Notes: a model not told the origin generated them from the sequence alone. A DNA stretch of 64,000 nucleotides from Bdellovibrionota bacterium (GCA_036140815.1 JAYZXX010000248.1:8017-72016), one strand, 5' to 3'; numbered from the stretch's first letter, positions 1 through 9,457 are shown. Program-made: numbers and translations.

Positions 1-69
1 AAAAAAGCCAGTTGAAACCAAGAAAGCTTAATTTTTTTGTTAAAGCTTGGGGTAGAAAGAGTTTTCTTG

Positions 70-1383
70 TCATTTGTAAACGACTCGCCAGTTGAGCAGT
101 TGCCCTTTATCGCCTCGTGATGTATCAACGATTTTCAAAGTCCATTCACCAATTTCTTTTACCTCTTTTAAAGAACTTAAAGAGGAAGCCGAGACTAAGT
201 TAATTCCAAATAAGCCTTCGAAAGTTTTTCCTTTCCAAACTTCTCTGTTTCTCAAAAGAACTTCTTTTCCTTCTGGTGTAACTACAGAAATTTTTAAGTC
301 ACCAATCCACTCGTGCTGAATCTTTACCCCTATATATACATTTTTGCCCTCAGGAAGCATATTCACTCTCAATTTGGAGCTTAGGCCTTGATAGCTACCA
401 TCTGGGATCTCTTCTTCGAAAAAGGATGAGAAAATTGCTGGTCTTTGCGGAACTGGCTTTTTAAAACTCTGGTTCTTATCAACTTTATATCTTTCTATGA
501 TTTCTCGTAACTTCGTTAAAAAGTATACAACCTCTCCTGAGCAGTCACCGCTTGTACACCTGCGAACCTTTAAACAACCATTTTCTTCTTTTTCGAAATC
601 GGTTTCCCCTTTTGAAAGTATCCCTACCAATGCACCAGTGTCTTCGTTATAAACTGCCGAACCTGAGTTACCCGAGAAAGCATCAATTTCTATAATTCCC
701 GAATAATTATTCCAGCGACGTAATTTTCCACCCCTGGCTATCTTCTGCGGCAAGCCCAGAGGATGGCCAAGCATTGCCAATTTGTTATCTTGATTTGTTT
801 GCTCTAGCTTTTGGTAACTTTGAACAGGTGCATGGCCACTTACAGGACGGTCCAATTGGATCAAGGCGAAGTCTTCCTGAAAAGAATCTGAGTGATAAAG
901 CAACCTCTTACACGAATAAGTTTCAGACTTTTTTAAGTAATCCAATACATCAAAGGAATTTTTCAATTTATAATCGAAATTAAACTTCAATGAATCATTC
1001 TCACAGGCTGCCTGATCTTGGATACAGTGAGCGGCTGTTAGAACTAAATCATTTGCTACCAAAACCCCTGAACATCTTGGCCCTACAGATTGGTAAAAAA
1101 AACGTTCCCTTGAACACAGTCCATATTCCTGTCCCAAGTAAGACCGTTGGATGTAATAGTAATCAGAGACTTCATCCAAATCAGAACTCAAAAAAATTCC
1201 AACACTGGCCTCAGACATTTTCATTTCATGGATACTTGAAGAGTTGAAGTAGTCAACCCGATCGTCTTCTCCATAAACCACTTGGTCCTTCTTCTCTGTA
1301 ATATCATTAAGCAACAGGGACTTATCACTACAGGCCGTAGAAAACAGTAACAAGCTAAAAAGACTAAGACTTTTTAAGAACAC
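70..1383 (-). CDS. Exported trypsin-like (S1) serine protease fused to a C-terminal proprotein-convertase-type P-domain
   Basis: 437-aa ORF. Signal with lipobox-like LLLFSTAC. Catalytic motifs LTAAHC (His), DFALIQL (Asp), GNSGSAV (Ser). C-terminal HEWIGDLKISVVTPEGKEVLL...GEWTLKIVDTSRGDKGQLLNWRVVY resembles the P-domain pattern. Confidence 0.75.
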   Translation of the reverse strand: MFLKSLSLFSLLLFSTACSDKSLLLNDITEKKDQVVYGEDDRVDYFNSSSIHEMKMSEASVGIFLSSDLDEVSDYYYIQRSYLGQEYGLCSRERFFYQSVGPRCSGVLVANDLVLTAAHCIQDQAACENDSLKFNFDYKLKNSFDVLDYLKKSETYSCKRLLYHSDSFQEDFALIQLDRPVSGHAPVQSYQKLEQTNQDNKLAMLGHPLGLPQKIARGGKLRRWNNYSGIIEIDAFSGNSGSAVYNEDTGALVGILSKGETDFEKEENGCLKVRRCTSGDCSGEVVYFLTKLREIIERYKVDKNQSFKKPVPQRPAIFSSFFEEEIPDGSYQGLSSKLRVNMLPEGKNVYIGVKIQHEWIGDLKISVVTPEGKEVLLRNREVWKGKTFEGLFGINLVSASSLSSLKEVKEIGEWTLKIVDTSRGDKGQLLNWRVVYK

Positions 1384-1482
1384 AAGCCTATCCCCCCGGG
1401 TGATTGAGTTCTCCTATAAGCTATGCCTTGGCAATAGATATTGTTACTTAAAAAAACTTAAATAGGCTTAGAAAAATTTAGA

Positions 1483-2211
1483 TTAGCCAAAAGCTACTAG
1501 TAGATCAGGAAAAAATTCTTCCGCCGGCCTTTTTATGATCATATCTACCCCAGTACTGGCGTAGCTTCCATTAGGATTCACCTCTACAACAAAAGCTCCT
1601 GATGCTTTCGCTACACTGATTAATGACGCTGCGGGTTGCACGCTTGCGGCGGTACCCACTGAAAAGAATAGATCACATCTTTCAGCAGCCAGCCACGACT
1701 CCCGAAGAACACCAGCGTCCAAAGACTCTCCAAACCAAACCACCCCTGGCCGATAAAAGGATCCACACTTATTGCAAGTCACTGGTTCTTCAAATTCGAC
1801 GAAATTACTATTACTTAGGTCACCACAGTCTAAACACTTGTTAATAAAAATATCTCCATGTAGGCATCTTATTTTCGAGCTTCCCGCTCTTTGGTGTAGC
1901 CCATCTACATTTTGGGTAACTAATAGAAAATCCTTCGTGTCTCTTTCTAAAGCAGCCAATGCTATATGCGCCCCATTTGGCTCACAATTTAGGATTAGCT
2001 TTTTTCGCCATTGATACCACGACCAAACCAAACTGGGATCTTTGCGGAATGCTGATTCGTTGGCTAGGTCTTCTGGTCGATATTTATCCCATAAGCCACC
2101 TGGATCTCGAAAAGTAGGCACCCCACTGGCGGCAGACACGCCTGCCCCCGTAAACACTACAACTTTATTTGCTGCTTTGATCCGCTCAGCTAAGGCTTTG
2201 ATTTCATTCAT
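1483..2211 (-). CDS. cobB: NAD-dependent protein deacylase, Sir2 family (CobB)
   Basis: 242 aa. Motifs GAGVSAASGVPTFR and QNVDGLH, plus Zn-ribbon cysteines CLDCG...CNKCG. Size typical of CobB. Confidence 0.85.
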   Translation of the reverse strand: MNEIKALAERIKAANKVVVFTGAGVSAASGVPTFRDPGGLWDKYRPEDLANESAFRKDPSLVWSWYQWRKKLILNCEPNGAHIALAALERDTKDFLLVTQNVDGLHQRAGSSKIRCLHGDIFINKCLDCGDLSNSNFVEFEEPVTCNKCGSFYRPGVVWFGESLDAGVLRESWLAAERCDLFFSVGTAASVQPAASLISVAKASGAFVVEVNPNGSYASTGVDMIIKRPAEEFFPDLLVAFG

Positions 2212-2295
2212 TCTTGAAAAATATCATAAATATTTCCATAGCTATAGAAAAGTCCTTGCCCAAATGCCATTAAATCATTACTTTCAGATTTCCGC

Positions 2296-2385
2296 GGAGG
2301 GATGGCAGAGTGGTTGAATGCACTAGTCTTGAAAACTAGCAGCCCTTCACGGGGCTCCAGGGTTCGAATCCCTGTCCCTCCGCCA
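2296..2385 (+). tRNA. tRNA-Ser (anticodon UGA), encoded CCA
   Basis: Hand-folded cloverleaf. Acceptor GGAGGGA/TCCCTCC. Anticodon stem CTAGT/ACTAG with loop CTTGAAA (anticodon TGA). Long variable arm AGCCC..GGGCT. T-arm CAGGG-TTCGAAT-CCCTG. Discriminator G plus CCA. Confidence 0.95.
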
Positions 2386-2401
2386 TCTTGATGATTAAAT
2401 T

Positions 2402-2430
2402 AACGAAGCTTTTAGCTTCGTTTTTTTTTT
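2402..2430 (+). terminator. Rho-independent terminator after tRNA-Ser
   Basis: Hairpin AACGAAGC-TTTTA-GCTTCGTT followed by a T run ending at 2430. Confidence 0.75.
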
Positions 2431-2445
2431 CCTTTTTGGGGACCT

Positions 2446-3150
2446 TTATTTTCTTAAAGCCTGTAGATCTAATGTTTTCAGATCATTCTCTAAGCTTGAA
2501 CAGTTACTAAGCAAAGTGGAATCTAAATTTTTAGTACAAAACACCGCCTTCGAAGAATCGGCATTGGTTTTAACCCCATAACAGGCTTTATACATATTCG
2601 GCTTCACTGCCTTAACACAGTTTACAACTGCACTTTGTTGATTTTGATCCTTTACGCCGAGGCAAGCGATTGCTTGTTCTTGTTTAACATACTTGGCACA
2701 AGATACTACCGAAGCTGCCTCTCGCTGCGATTTCACTCCCCAACAAGCCACAAGCTGTTCAAGCTTCAAATTCTTGGCGCAATAACTAACAGTAGCTCCC
2801 GCTAAAGGACTCTTAATCCCTTGGCATAAAACTGCATATTTTGAAGAAGTGTTTTTGACACAAGATACTACCGAGCCCACTTGTGAGCTATTTTTAATTC
2901 CCTTACAAGCAATTGCTCCTTCTGCATCCAATTCCTTTGCACAAAACAAAACTGCAGAATAAGACTCTGCAGAATCCACACCCTCGCAAGCAATTCCCTT
3001 AGATGCACCAAGTTCCTTTAGGCATTTTACCTTATAACCCAAATCGGCAAATCCTCTGAAAGATAGAACTAACCCAAAAAACAATAAAATAATTTTAGAA
3101 AAATTGAATATCAACAAAACACTCTTATTATGAATAGTCACACTTCTCAA
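2446..3150 (-). CDS. Secreted cysteine-rich tandem-repeat protein (6.5 x 27-aa repeats), unknown function
   Basis: 234-aa ORF. N-terminal hydrophobic segment ILLFFGLVLSF. Repeats start at Cys43, each with Cys at repeat positions 1 and 13. Confidence 0.7.
   Translation of the reverse strand: MRSVTIHNKSVLLIFNFSKIILLFFGLVLSFRGFADLGYKVKCLKELGASKGIACEGVDSAESYSAVLFCAKELDAEGAIACKGIKNSSQVGSVVSCVKNTSSKYAVLCQGIKSPLAGATVSYCAKNLKLEQLVACWGVKSQREAASVVSCAKYVKQEQAIACLGVKDQNQQSAVVNCVKAVKPNMYKACYGVKTNADSSKAVFCTKNLDSTLLSNCSSLENDLKTLDLQALRK
2500..3024 (-). repeat. In-frame degenerate 81-bp (27-codon) tandem repeat, about 6.5 copies
   Basis: Units: CLKELGASKGIACEGVDSAESYSAVLF / CAKELDAEGAIACKGIKNSSQVGSVVS / CVKNTSSKYAVLCQGIKSPLAGATVSY / CAKNLKLEQLVACWGVKSQREAASVVS / CAKYVKQEQAIACLGVKDQNQQSAVVN / CVKAVKPNMYKACYGVKTNADSSKAVF / CTKNLDSTLLSNC. 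Confidence 0.85.
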
Positions 3151-3165
3151 ATTCCTAAGACCTGA

Positions 3166-3759
3166 TTATTTAAAAACATTCGGCCCTAACTCTATCATAG
3201 ATTTATATATACAGCTTGAGTCTGATCTGTACTGAGGAATATTTAGACGTATATCATCTCCGGCAGTTGGATTATTAGTGTTTGCCGCAAAGACCCCATC
3301 TGCTCCAACTGATGTAAGCCCGTCTTGCCTGCAAAGACCTCCTTCTCCTTCGTTTTCATCCATTAAAAAATAATGTCCCCAAACATCTTTAGCAACACCC
3401 TCAAAGCCAGCTTTCTTATAGGCTGAAATTGCACCACTATTGGGAACCCAAACAGAGGCATTATCCCCCACCGCAGCAAATCCACATCTTGCACACGTAC
3501 TCCCTGTAATTGCTATCAATACTTCATCATCTACCAATCTTAAGGAAATAATTCCATTTCTGTAACCTATTAACTGAGATATAGTTGTTTTCACTCTAAC
3601 CCTATGTACAAACTCACTGTAACTAGGGATAGCCATACCTGCCAAAACACCAATTATTGCCACCGTTACCATCAGCTCAATTAAACTAAATCCATATTCA
3701 CATTTTTTCCGAAAAAATACGTATATATATGTTTTTTTCAAATCTCTTACCCTTGCCAA
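3166..3759 (-). CDS. Type IV pilin / pseudopilin-like protein with prepilin-type N-terminal cleavage/methylation motif
   Basis: Motif KKCEYG|FSLIELMVTVAIIGVLAGMAIPSY with Glu at +5. The true start may be the in-frame TTG at codon 7. Ends 15 nt upstream of the Cys-repeat gene. Confidence 0.75.
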   Translation of the reverse strand: MARVRDLKKTYIYVFFRKKCEYGFSLIELMVTVAIIGVLAGMAIPSYSEFVHRVRVKTTISQLIGYRNGIISLRLVDDEVLIAITGSTCARCGFAAVGDNASVWVPNSGAISAYKKAGFEGVAKDVWGHYFLMDENEGEGGLCRQDGLTSVGADGVFAANTNNPTAGDDIRLNIPQYRSDSSCIYKSMIELGPNVFK

Positions 3760-4970
3760 TACTTGGTTACTTTACTAATTACAAAAATCAAACTAAAAAC
3801 AATCAACATTAATATTCCCAGCTTACTAAAAAGCTCGAACTTCTCATTCATTGCAACTTTGGCTTCTTCGCCAAGACCATAAAAACATCTATGATTTAAA
3901 AAAGCAAAAACCGGAGCCGTTAAAAAGGATATCATTGTAACCACATCAATCATTGCTTTTATTGAGTCTCCAAAGAAACTCATTACAAGGATTGCCCCTA
4001 GCCACTGAATAAAATAAGTTACAATCAAGCTTTGTTTTTTAGGTACAATCTCTGGAACCAAGTCCGCGATTACCCTAGGAAAGCCATCCGCCACAGCCAA
4101 TAAAGTTGAAAACAAAATGGCTATCATTCCCATGCTAACAAGAGGAATCCAAGCCTCACCAATTATACTTGAGAAAACTTTTAACAAACCAATGCTAAAA
4201 CCGGCGGGACTTCCTGGAAGTTGCGCTTTCATTTGAAATAAAACCCCAAGCCCTACAAAAACAAAACAAAGTGCAAATACCAAGGTAAACAGATAGCCAA
4301 AATCAAAATCTTTTTTAAAATAAGATTCTACATGGCTTTGCTTCTTCTTTTGAATCCATAATGAATGTAGTAAGGGCAACTCCATTCCAGCCGGCATCCA
4401 TCCCATCAAGGCCAAAAGAAAAGGGAAATTTTTAAAATCAAGAAGAGCATTAAAAGAATAAGTCGCTTTAGAAAAATCAATCCTACTGATAGAAGCAAAG
4501 GTTATAAAAATAGCCCCCAAGCCCATCAGGGCAGCTATGGGCTTTATTATTTTTTTAAGGCCCTCTACACCGCCCACAATAGATAACAAAGAAAGACAGA
4601 ACACCAATACTGATGCCACCATTATAATTGGTGCCTCTATAGAAAAAGCGGCCATTATAAATGCGGAGGTTAACAAAGCCAATGCGGCAATCACACTAAA
4701 CATGCTAGGTAGAACCACTAGGCAAACGATCGCCAAAGCCCACTTACCTTGTTCTCGATAGCCTTGGAGAAGGGTTTTTCCAGAAACTTCCGTATAAAGA
4801 GGCCCTAATAAAAACGCTGGATACTTGATGAGCATGGCAAGTAATATTGGAACAAAAGCAGCTAAGCCATAGAGTCCACCAGCACGAGTTGATTGTATCA
4901 GATGGGAAACCCCAATGGAGGCTCCGGCAAATAGAAGCCCTGGGCCTAAAGATCGTAGAAATTGAGTCAT
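3747..4970 (-). CDS. Nramp-related polytopic membrane transporter (putative divalent metal cation transporter)
   Basis: 407 aa and highly hydrophobic. N-terminal LGPGLLFAGASIGVSHLIQSTRAGGLYGL resembles the Nramp GPG motif region. Confidence 0.55.
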   Translation of the reverse strand: MTQFLRSLGPGLLFAGASIGVSHLIQSTRAGGLYGLAAFVPILLAMLIKYPAFLLGPLYTEVSGKTLLQGYREQGKWALAIVCLVVLPSMFSVIAALALLTSAFIMAAFSIEAPIIMVASVLVFCLSLLSIVGGVEGLKKIIKPIAALMGLGAIFITFASISRIDFSKATYSFNALLDFKNFPFLLALMGWMPAGMELPLLHSLWIQKKKQSHVESYFKKDFDFGYLFTLVFALCFVFVGLGVLFQMKAQLPGSPAGFSIGLLKVFSSIIGEAWIPLVSMGMIAILFSTLLAVADGFPRVIADLVPEIVPKKQSLIVTYFIQWLGAILVMSFFGDSIKAMIDVVTMISFLTAPVFAFLNHRCFYGLGEEAKVAMNEKFELFSKLGILMLIVFSLIFVISKVTKYWQG

Positions 4971-5063
4971 TTACTATCCTTGCGCTATACAAAGATAGTA
5001 AATGCAAAACAAAGAAAAGGAAAACCTATTTATTTTTCAATAAAATATTCAATACCTACATCT

Positions 5064-5690
5064 TTAAAATTTACCCTTAACTAATGCGACATAGTTTTGA
5101 ACCGCTTTAATATTATGAGCAATGGCTTTTCGAACATTTTCTTCTCTAATGAATGGGTTTTTGTCCTTAATCATCTCTATTTTGGAACTACTATGCATCA
5201 TCCCAAAGTGAATGATTAAACCAAAAATACTAGTAACCATGAAACTAACAGATTCTTCGGAGATATCGCCCATTTGCTCTCTAATGAACTTCCTAAGCTC
5301 ATCAGAACCTATGGGAACTAATGTGCCCTCAATTGTTTCCTCTACCTCTTCGTCAGGATCGGGTACACCGTCGGTAAGCATTAACTTCATAATGCTTCGA
5401 AACATAGGCTTATTCGACAATATAAAATCAAAAAATCGGATAGCAAAATCAGTAAGGTCTTTAGACTCCGACACTAGACGATTCACTTCACACTCACCTT
5501 TATTGTGAGCATCACAAACCGTAGACCAATATAGGTTATGCTTACTTCCAAAATGGTAGTTTACCGCAGACAAGTTTACACCACTCTTCTGAGCAATATC
5601 TCTCACTGAAGTTCCGGCGAAGCCGAACTTAGCAAAAAGTTCGGCGGCCACTTGTAATATTTTTTCTTTGGTTCCTTTTTCTTCACCCAT
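5064..5690 (-). CDS. TetR/AcrR family transcriptional regulator
   Basis: N-terminal HTH: ILQVAAELFAKFGFAGTSVRDIAQKSGVNLSAVNYHFGSKHNLY. Directly follows the RND pump gene. Confidence 0.85.
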   Translation of the reverse strand: MGEEKGTKEKILQVAAELFAKFGFAGTSVRDIAQKSGVNLSAVNYHFGSKHNLYWSTVCDAHNKGECEVNRLVSESKDLTDFAIRFFDFILSNKPMFRSIMKLMLTDGVPDPDEEVEETIEGTLVPIGSDELRKFIREQMGDISEESVSFMVTSIFGLIIHFGMMHSSSKIEMIKDKNPFIREENVRKAIAHNIKAVQNYVALVKGKF

Positions 5691-8600
5691 TTACACGCTC
5701 GCTGTATTAGATTTCTTTTTTGCTCCCACCCAACGACGTAGTCTTTCTAAGTACCAATAAACAATTGGAGTTAGCAAAAATGTATAAACAATAGAAGCTG
5801 CAGTACCACCGATAATAACAAGACCCATTGCGGCTTTTGCCAAATCCGGTGACCATGTTTGTGGTAAAGCACCTGCGATAATTGCGATGGATGTCATTAG
5901 CACTGCACGAAATTTTTCATCAATACCTTGCCATAATGCCTCTTGAATATCTTCAACACCACGTTTTTGTACTACCATGGTCTGATCTAAAATCAAGATT
6001 GCGTTATTCACAACAAGTCCAACCAACATCACAATCCCTAACATGGAAGCAATATTGATGGATGAATCAAAGAAGAATAGCAATACGAATACACCACCAA
6101 AACTTGTGATGATAGAAGAAGAGATCGTCAACGGGTGTACAAAGGAATTTAGAATTGCAGTCAATAACATGAAAGTTAATAGAATCGCCAAACCAAATGC
6201 TTTACCAATCTCTCTACCAGATTCCTCCTGCGACTCAGAGTTTCCAACAAATTGATAAGAATACCCCTCCGGCCACTCCATTTTATCAAACTCGGCAGCC
6301 AATTCGCCCTGAACCAAGCCAGCAGTGGATTTGGCTAAGTATCCATTTAGTTGAATAATTCTAAAGCGATCACGTCGCCAAATATTTGGAATGGCACTTG
6401 TTCTTTCAAATCTACCAAGGTCAGAAAGTGAAACCAAACCAAAGCTTGTCAAAATTGCGATGTTCTGCAAGTCCTGTGGAGTACCTTTATAATTTTCACC
6501 AACCTCAACACGGATATCGTATTCTTCACCTGCTTCTTTAAACACATTGGAATCATCACCATAAATCGAAGCTCGAATGGTAGACCCAAGAAGTGCTCCA
6601 TTGACACCGTACTGTTCTAACTTAGAAAGGTCTGGAATGAACTGAACCTCTTCTTTAGGCGCTTTATAAGATGAAGTTAAAGATCGGAAATATCCAGAGT
6701 CTCTCATAATTTCGTTTAGCCTTTTGGAGATTTTTACCATCTCTTGGTAATCGTCACCTAAAACATTGAGAGATATATCGGCATTACCGCCACCGCCGCC
6801 ATCGCCGCGTTTAAACTCTGCTTCCACATTAGGAATCTTTGCAACCTCAGGAGTTAACTCAGTGATAACTTCTACATCCGATCTTGTTCTAAATTCTTTA
6901 TCTTTCAGAGATAGAATTATCTTAGCATTTTCAGTACCATTTTCACCGAGGACCGCTAAAGTGCTTTCTACTTCAGGCACCTTCGACGCCAAGGCCTCAA
7001 CCTCTTTAGAAACTCTACTTGTCTCCCAAATGGTTGACCCTTGAGGAAGAGTTAAATTAATTTGAACTCTATCTTCATCCGAAGTTGGAATAAACTCGTT
7101 ACCAACATATGGGGCTAAACTAAAAGTCCAAACTAAAGACCCAAGCACTAACAACATCCAAGTTTTTGGATACTTAAACATTACCGCGAAAATCTTTTTG
7201 TATTCTTTTAAAACAAATCCAACCACTGAATTAGTAAAGCGAACAAGTACGTTTTCTTTCTTTTTCTCATTTTTATCAATTGGCTTTAATAAGGCACCAC
7301 ACATCATCGGAGTCAAAGTAAAAGAAGCAATCAGAGAGAATATAGTTGCGTACACAACTGATAATCCAAACTGCAACATAAACTGTCCAATTATTCCACC
7401 CATGAAGGCAATTGGAGTGAACACCACTAAGTTGGTTCCACACGATGCAAGTACAGGGATTACAACATCTTTCGTCCCATCAATCGCAGCTTGCTGTGGT
7501 GATTTCCCCATCTCAAGATGAACCATTACGGACTCAATAATCACAATGGCGTTTGCAATCAATGTACCTAAAGAGGTAGCCATAGCGAGCAAGGTAATAA
7601 AGTTAATTGTAAAGGCAGAGAAATCCATTAGTAAAAGGGCTGAAATCACTGACGATGGAATCACTACGGCTGCAATTACTGTTAAACGCCAATTTCCTGA
7701 AAAGAAGAAAAGAATTAGAACTGTCAATACAATCCCTAATCCAATCCCCTGCAAGGTATTCATTGTTTCTTTTACAATGAAAGTAGAAGTATCAGAAGCT
7801 ACCTCGATCTTCATACCATCTGGAAGTGTTTTTTGTAGTTCAGGTAAAAGGCCAATGATTCCCTCACCTACTTCAACCTCATTACCATCTGAAATTTTCT
7901 TAATAGACATGGTAACTACAGGCTTCAAATTAAAACGAGATAAAGTCTCTGGCTTTTTCGAACCATCATAGACCTTTGCTACTTCTTCAAGTACAAAACT
8001 GTTACCATCTGATGCTTTCAATGGTAATTTTCTAATTTTCTCTAAGCTATCAAACTCACCAACAAATCGAACCGATATATTGTTTTTATCTCTTTCAATG
8101 TTACCTCCCGGTACATTTAAGTTTTGAGTACTTAGAGCTGTTACTACTTCATTAATTGAGATGTATTTTGATTTCATTTGCACTGGATCAAGCTCAACAC
8201 GGATTTCGCGTTCTTCCCCACCAAATAAATCAACGGTACCTACACCAGCTACTTTAGAAAATTGGTTTTTCAACTTCTTATCAGCGAATTCAAAAAGTTC
8301 TTTCGGAGTGTGTTTCTCACTGGTTAAGGCCACCTCAACCACTGATTTAGAAAATGGGTCCACACGACTTACCACTGGTTTATCAATGCCGTCCGGAAGA
8401 TCATTTACAATAGCATCTACTTTATCTTTCACCTCTGAAGACTTTACGTTTACGTCTGCAGATAACTTGAACTCCACCAAGACATAACCAAAATTTTCAA
8501 AAGCTCTACTTTTGATACTTTTAATCTCTGAAATTTCAACAACTACATCTTCCACTTTTTTAATGATCTGCGTTTCGATCTCCTCTGGTGAAGCTCCAGG

Positions 8601-8747
8601 GTAGGTTACGTTCACAGATACTAATGGAAAATCAATTCTTGGACTTTGTTCTACATTTAGGTTGAAGAAGGACACAAATCCTAACAACACAAAAAGTAAA
8701 ATGAAAACAATCGTCATGGCTGGGCGTTTTACAAACACTTCAATCAT
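5691..8747 (-). CDS. RND efflux transporter permease (AcrB/HAE family)
   Basis: 1018 aa. 12-TM/two-large-loop architecture. N-terminus FVKRPAMTIVFILLFVLLGFVSFFNLNVEQSPRIDFPLVSVNVTYPGASPEEIE is typical of the ACR_tran family. Confidence 0.92.
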   Translation of the reverse strand: MIEVFVKRPAMTIVFILLFVLLGFVSFFNLNVEQSPRIDFPLVSVNVTYPGASPEEIETQIIKKVEDVVVEISEIKSIKSRAFENFGYVLVEFKLSADVNVKSSEVKDKVDAIVNDLPDGIDKPVVSRVDPFSKSVVEVALTSEKHTPKELFEFADKKLKNQFSKVAGVGTVDLFGGEEREIRVELDPVQMKSKYISINEVVTALSTQNLNVPGGNIERDKNNISVRFVGEFDSLEKIRKLPLKASDGNSFVLEEVAKVYDGSKKPETLSRFNLKPVVTMSIKKISDGNEVEVGEGIIGLLPELQKTLPDGMKIEVASDTSTFIVKETMNTLQGIGLGIVLTVLILFFFSGNWRLTVIAAVVIPSSVISALLLMDFSAFTINFITLLAMATSLGTLIANAIVIIESVMVHLEMGKSPQQAAIDGTKDVVIPVLASCGTNLVVFTPIAFMGGIIGQFMLQFGLSVVYATIFSLIASFTLTPMMCGALLKPIDKNEKKKENVLVRFTNSVVGFVLKEYKKIFAVMFKYPKTWMLLVLGSLVWTFSLAPYVGNEFIPTSDEDRVQINLTLPQGSTIWETSRVSKEVEALASKVPEVESTLAVLGENGTENAKIILSLKDKEFRTRSDVEVITELTPEVAKIPNVEAEFKRGDGGGGGNADISLNVLGDDYQEMVKISKRLNEIMRDSGYFRSLTSSYKAPKEEVQFIPDLSKLEQYGVNGALLGSTIRASIYGDDSNVFKEAGEEYDIRVEVGENYKGTPQDLQNIAILTSFGLVSLSDLGRFERTSAIPNIWRRDRFRIIQLNGYLAKSTAGLVQGELAAEFDKMEWPEGYSYQFVGNSESQEESGREIGKAFGLAILLTFMLLTAILNSFVHPLTISSSIITSFGGVFVLLFFFDSSINIASMLGIVMLVGLVVNNAILILDQTMVVQKRGVEDIQEALWQGIDEKFRAVLMTSIAIIAGALPQTWSPDLAKAAMGLVIIGGTAASIVYTFLLTPIVYWYLERLRRWVGAKKKSNTASV

Positions 8748-9457
8748 TGGGCCACCTCTTGGTTAGTCAAATCACATTTTTCACAATTTCTAACTCGCGC
8801 TTTTTGGTTTGGGCTCAAATACTTATACCCGTTAACCACAACTTTATCCCCAACACTTAAACCTTCTTTGATTTCTACTCGATGAGCCGTGTGCAGACCT
8901 AAACTTACTTTTCTTGGATTGGCTTTTTGGTCATCTCCAACCACCCAAACCTCTACACTATTGTTTCCAGTAGAGCGATTCAAAGCCTCAATAGGCACAG
9001 AAAGTGTACTTTTTAAATTGGTAACAACAATGTCTACCACTGGGTTATCTAGTTCTATTTTTTCTTTGAATTTTATTGTTGCGGGATAAAGTGCCGTAGA
9101 AATCTCAGGACTAGAAGCTATGGACTTTAATTGGCCAATGATTTCTTCACTATGAGGGTGTTGAATCATTTGACCTACTTTCACTAGGTCTAATTCTTTT
9201 TGACTTAAGTATGTAATGGCAGTTTTATTTTTTACTGAGGACAAGTCTAAAGTCACTCTGTGTACATCAGCCAATTGAGACCTTCTCATCATTTCAACAT
9301 CAACCGGTTGGCCAAATTCAGAGACTTGGTTTGGAATACTCACCGAAACCTGCTGTCTAGAATCCATAATACTTGCTTTCTTTACTTGAGCCGCTACTGC
9401 AAAAACAGCAATCACTCCTATATATATACCGATTCTAACTACATTATTTGTCTTCAC
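8744..9457 (-). CDS. Short RND periplasmic adaptor (membrane fusion protein)-like subunit
   Basis: 237 aa with N-terminal TM anchor. C-terminal SVPIEAL...VEVWVVGDDQKANPRKVSLGL...VEIKEGLSVGDKVVVNGYKYL is typical of the MFP beta-barrel/membrane-proximal part. 4-nt overlaps with both the TolC-like and RND genes. Confidence 0.6.
   Translation of the reverse strand: MKTNNVVRIGIYIGVIAVFAVAAQVKKASIMDSRQQVSVSIPNQVSEFGQPVDVEMMRRSQLADVHRVTLDLSSVKNKTAITYLSQKELDLVKVGQMIQHPHSEEIIGQLKSIASSPEISTALYPATIKFKEKIELDNPVVDIVVTNLKSTLSVPIEALNRSTGNNSVEVWVVGDDQKANPRKVSLGLHTAHRVEIKEGLSVGDKVVVNGYKYLSPNQKARVRNCEKCDLTNQEVAQ

Noticed and set aside
1483-2211. Sir2-domain gene as an anti-phage (Thoeris/DSR/SIR2-HerA-like) effector
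   Set aside because: It is a compact 242-aa canonical CobB with an intact Zn ribbon and sirtuin motifs. It has no partner genes (ThsB/TIR, HerA, pAgo) and no extra domains.
2296-5007. tRNA-Ser-adjacent genomic island
   Set aside because: No integrase or recombinase. I could find no direct repeat of the tRNA 3' end downstream. Flanking genes are tightly packed chromosomal-style operons.
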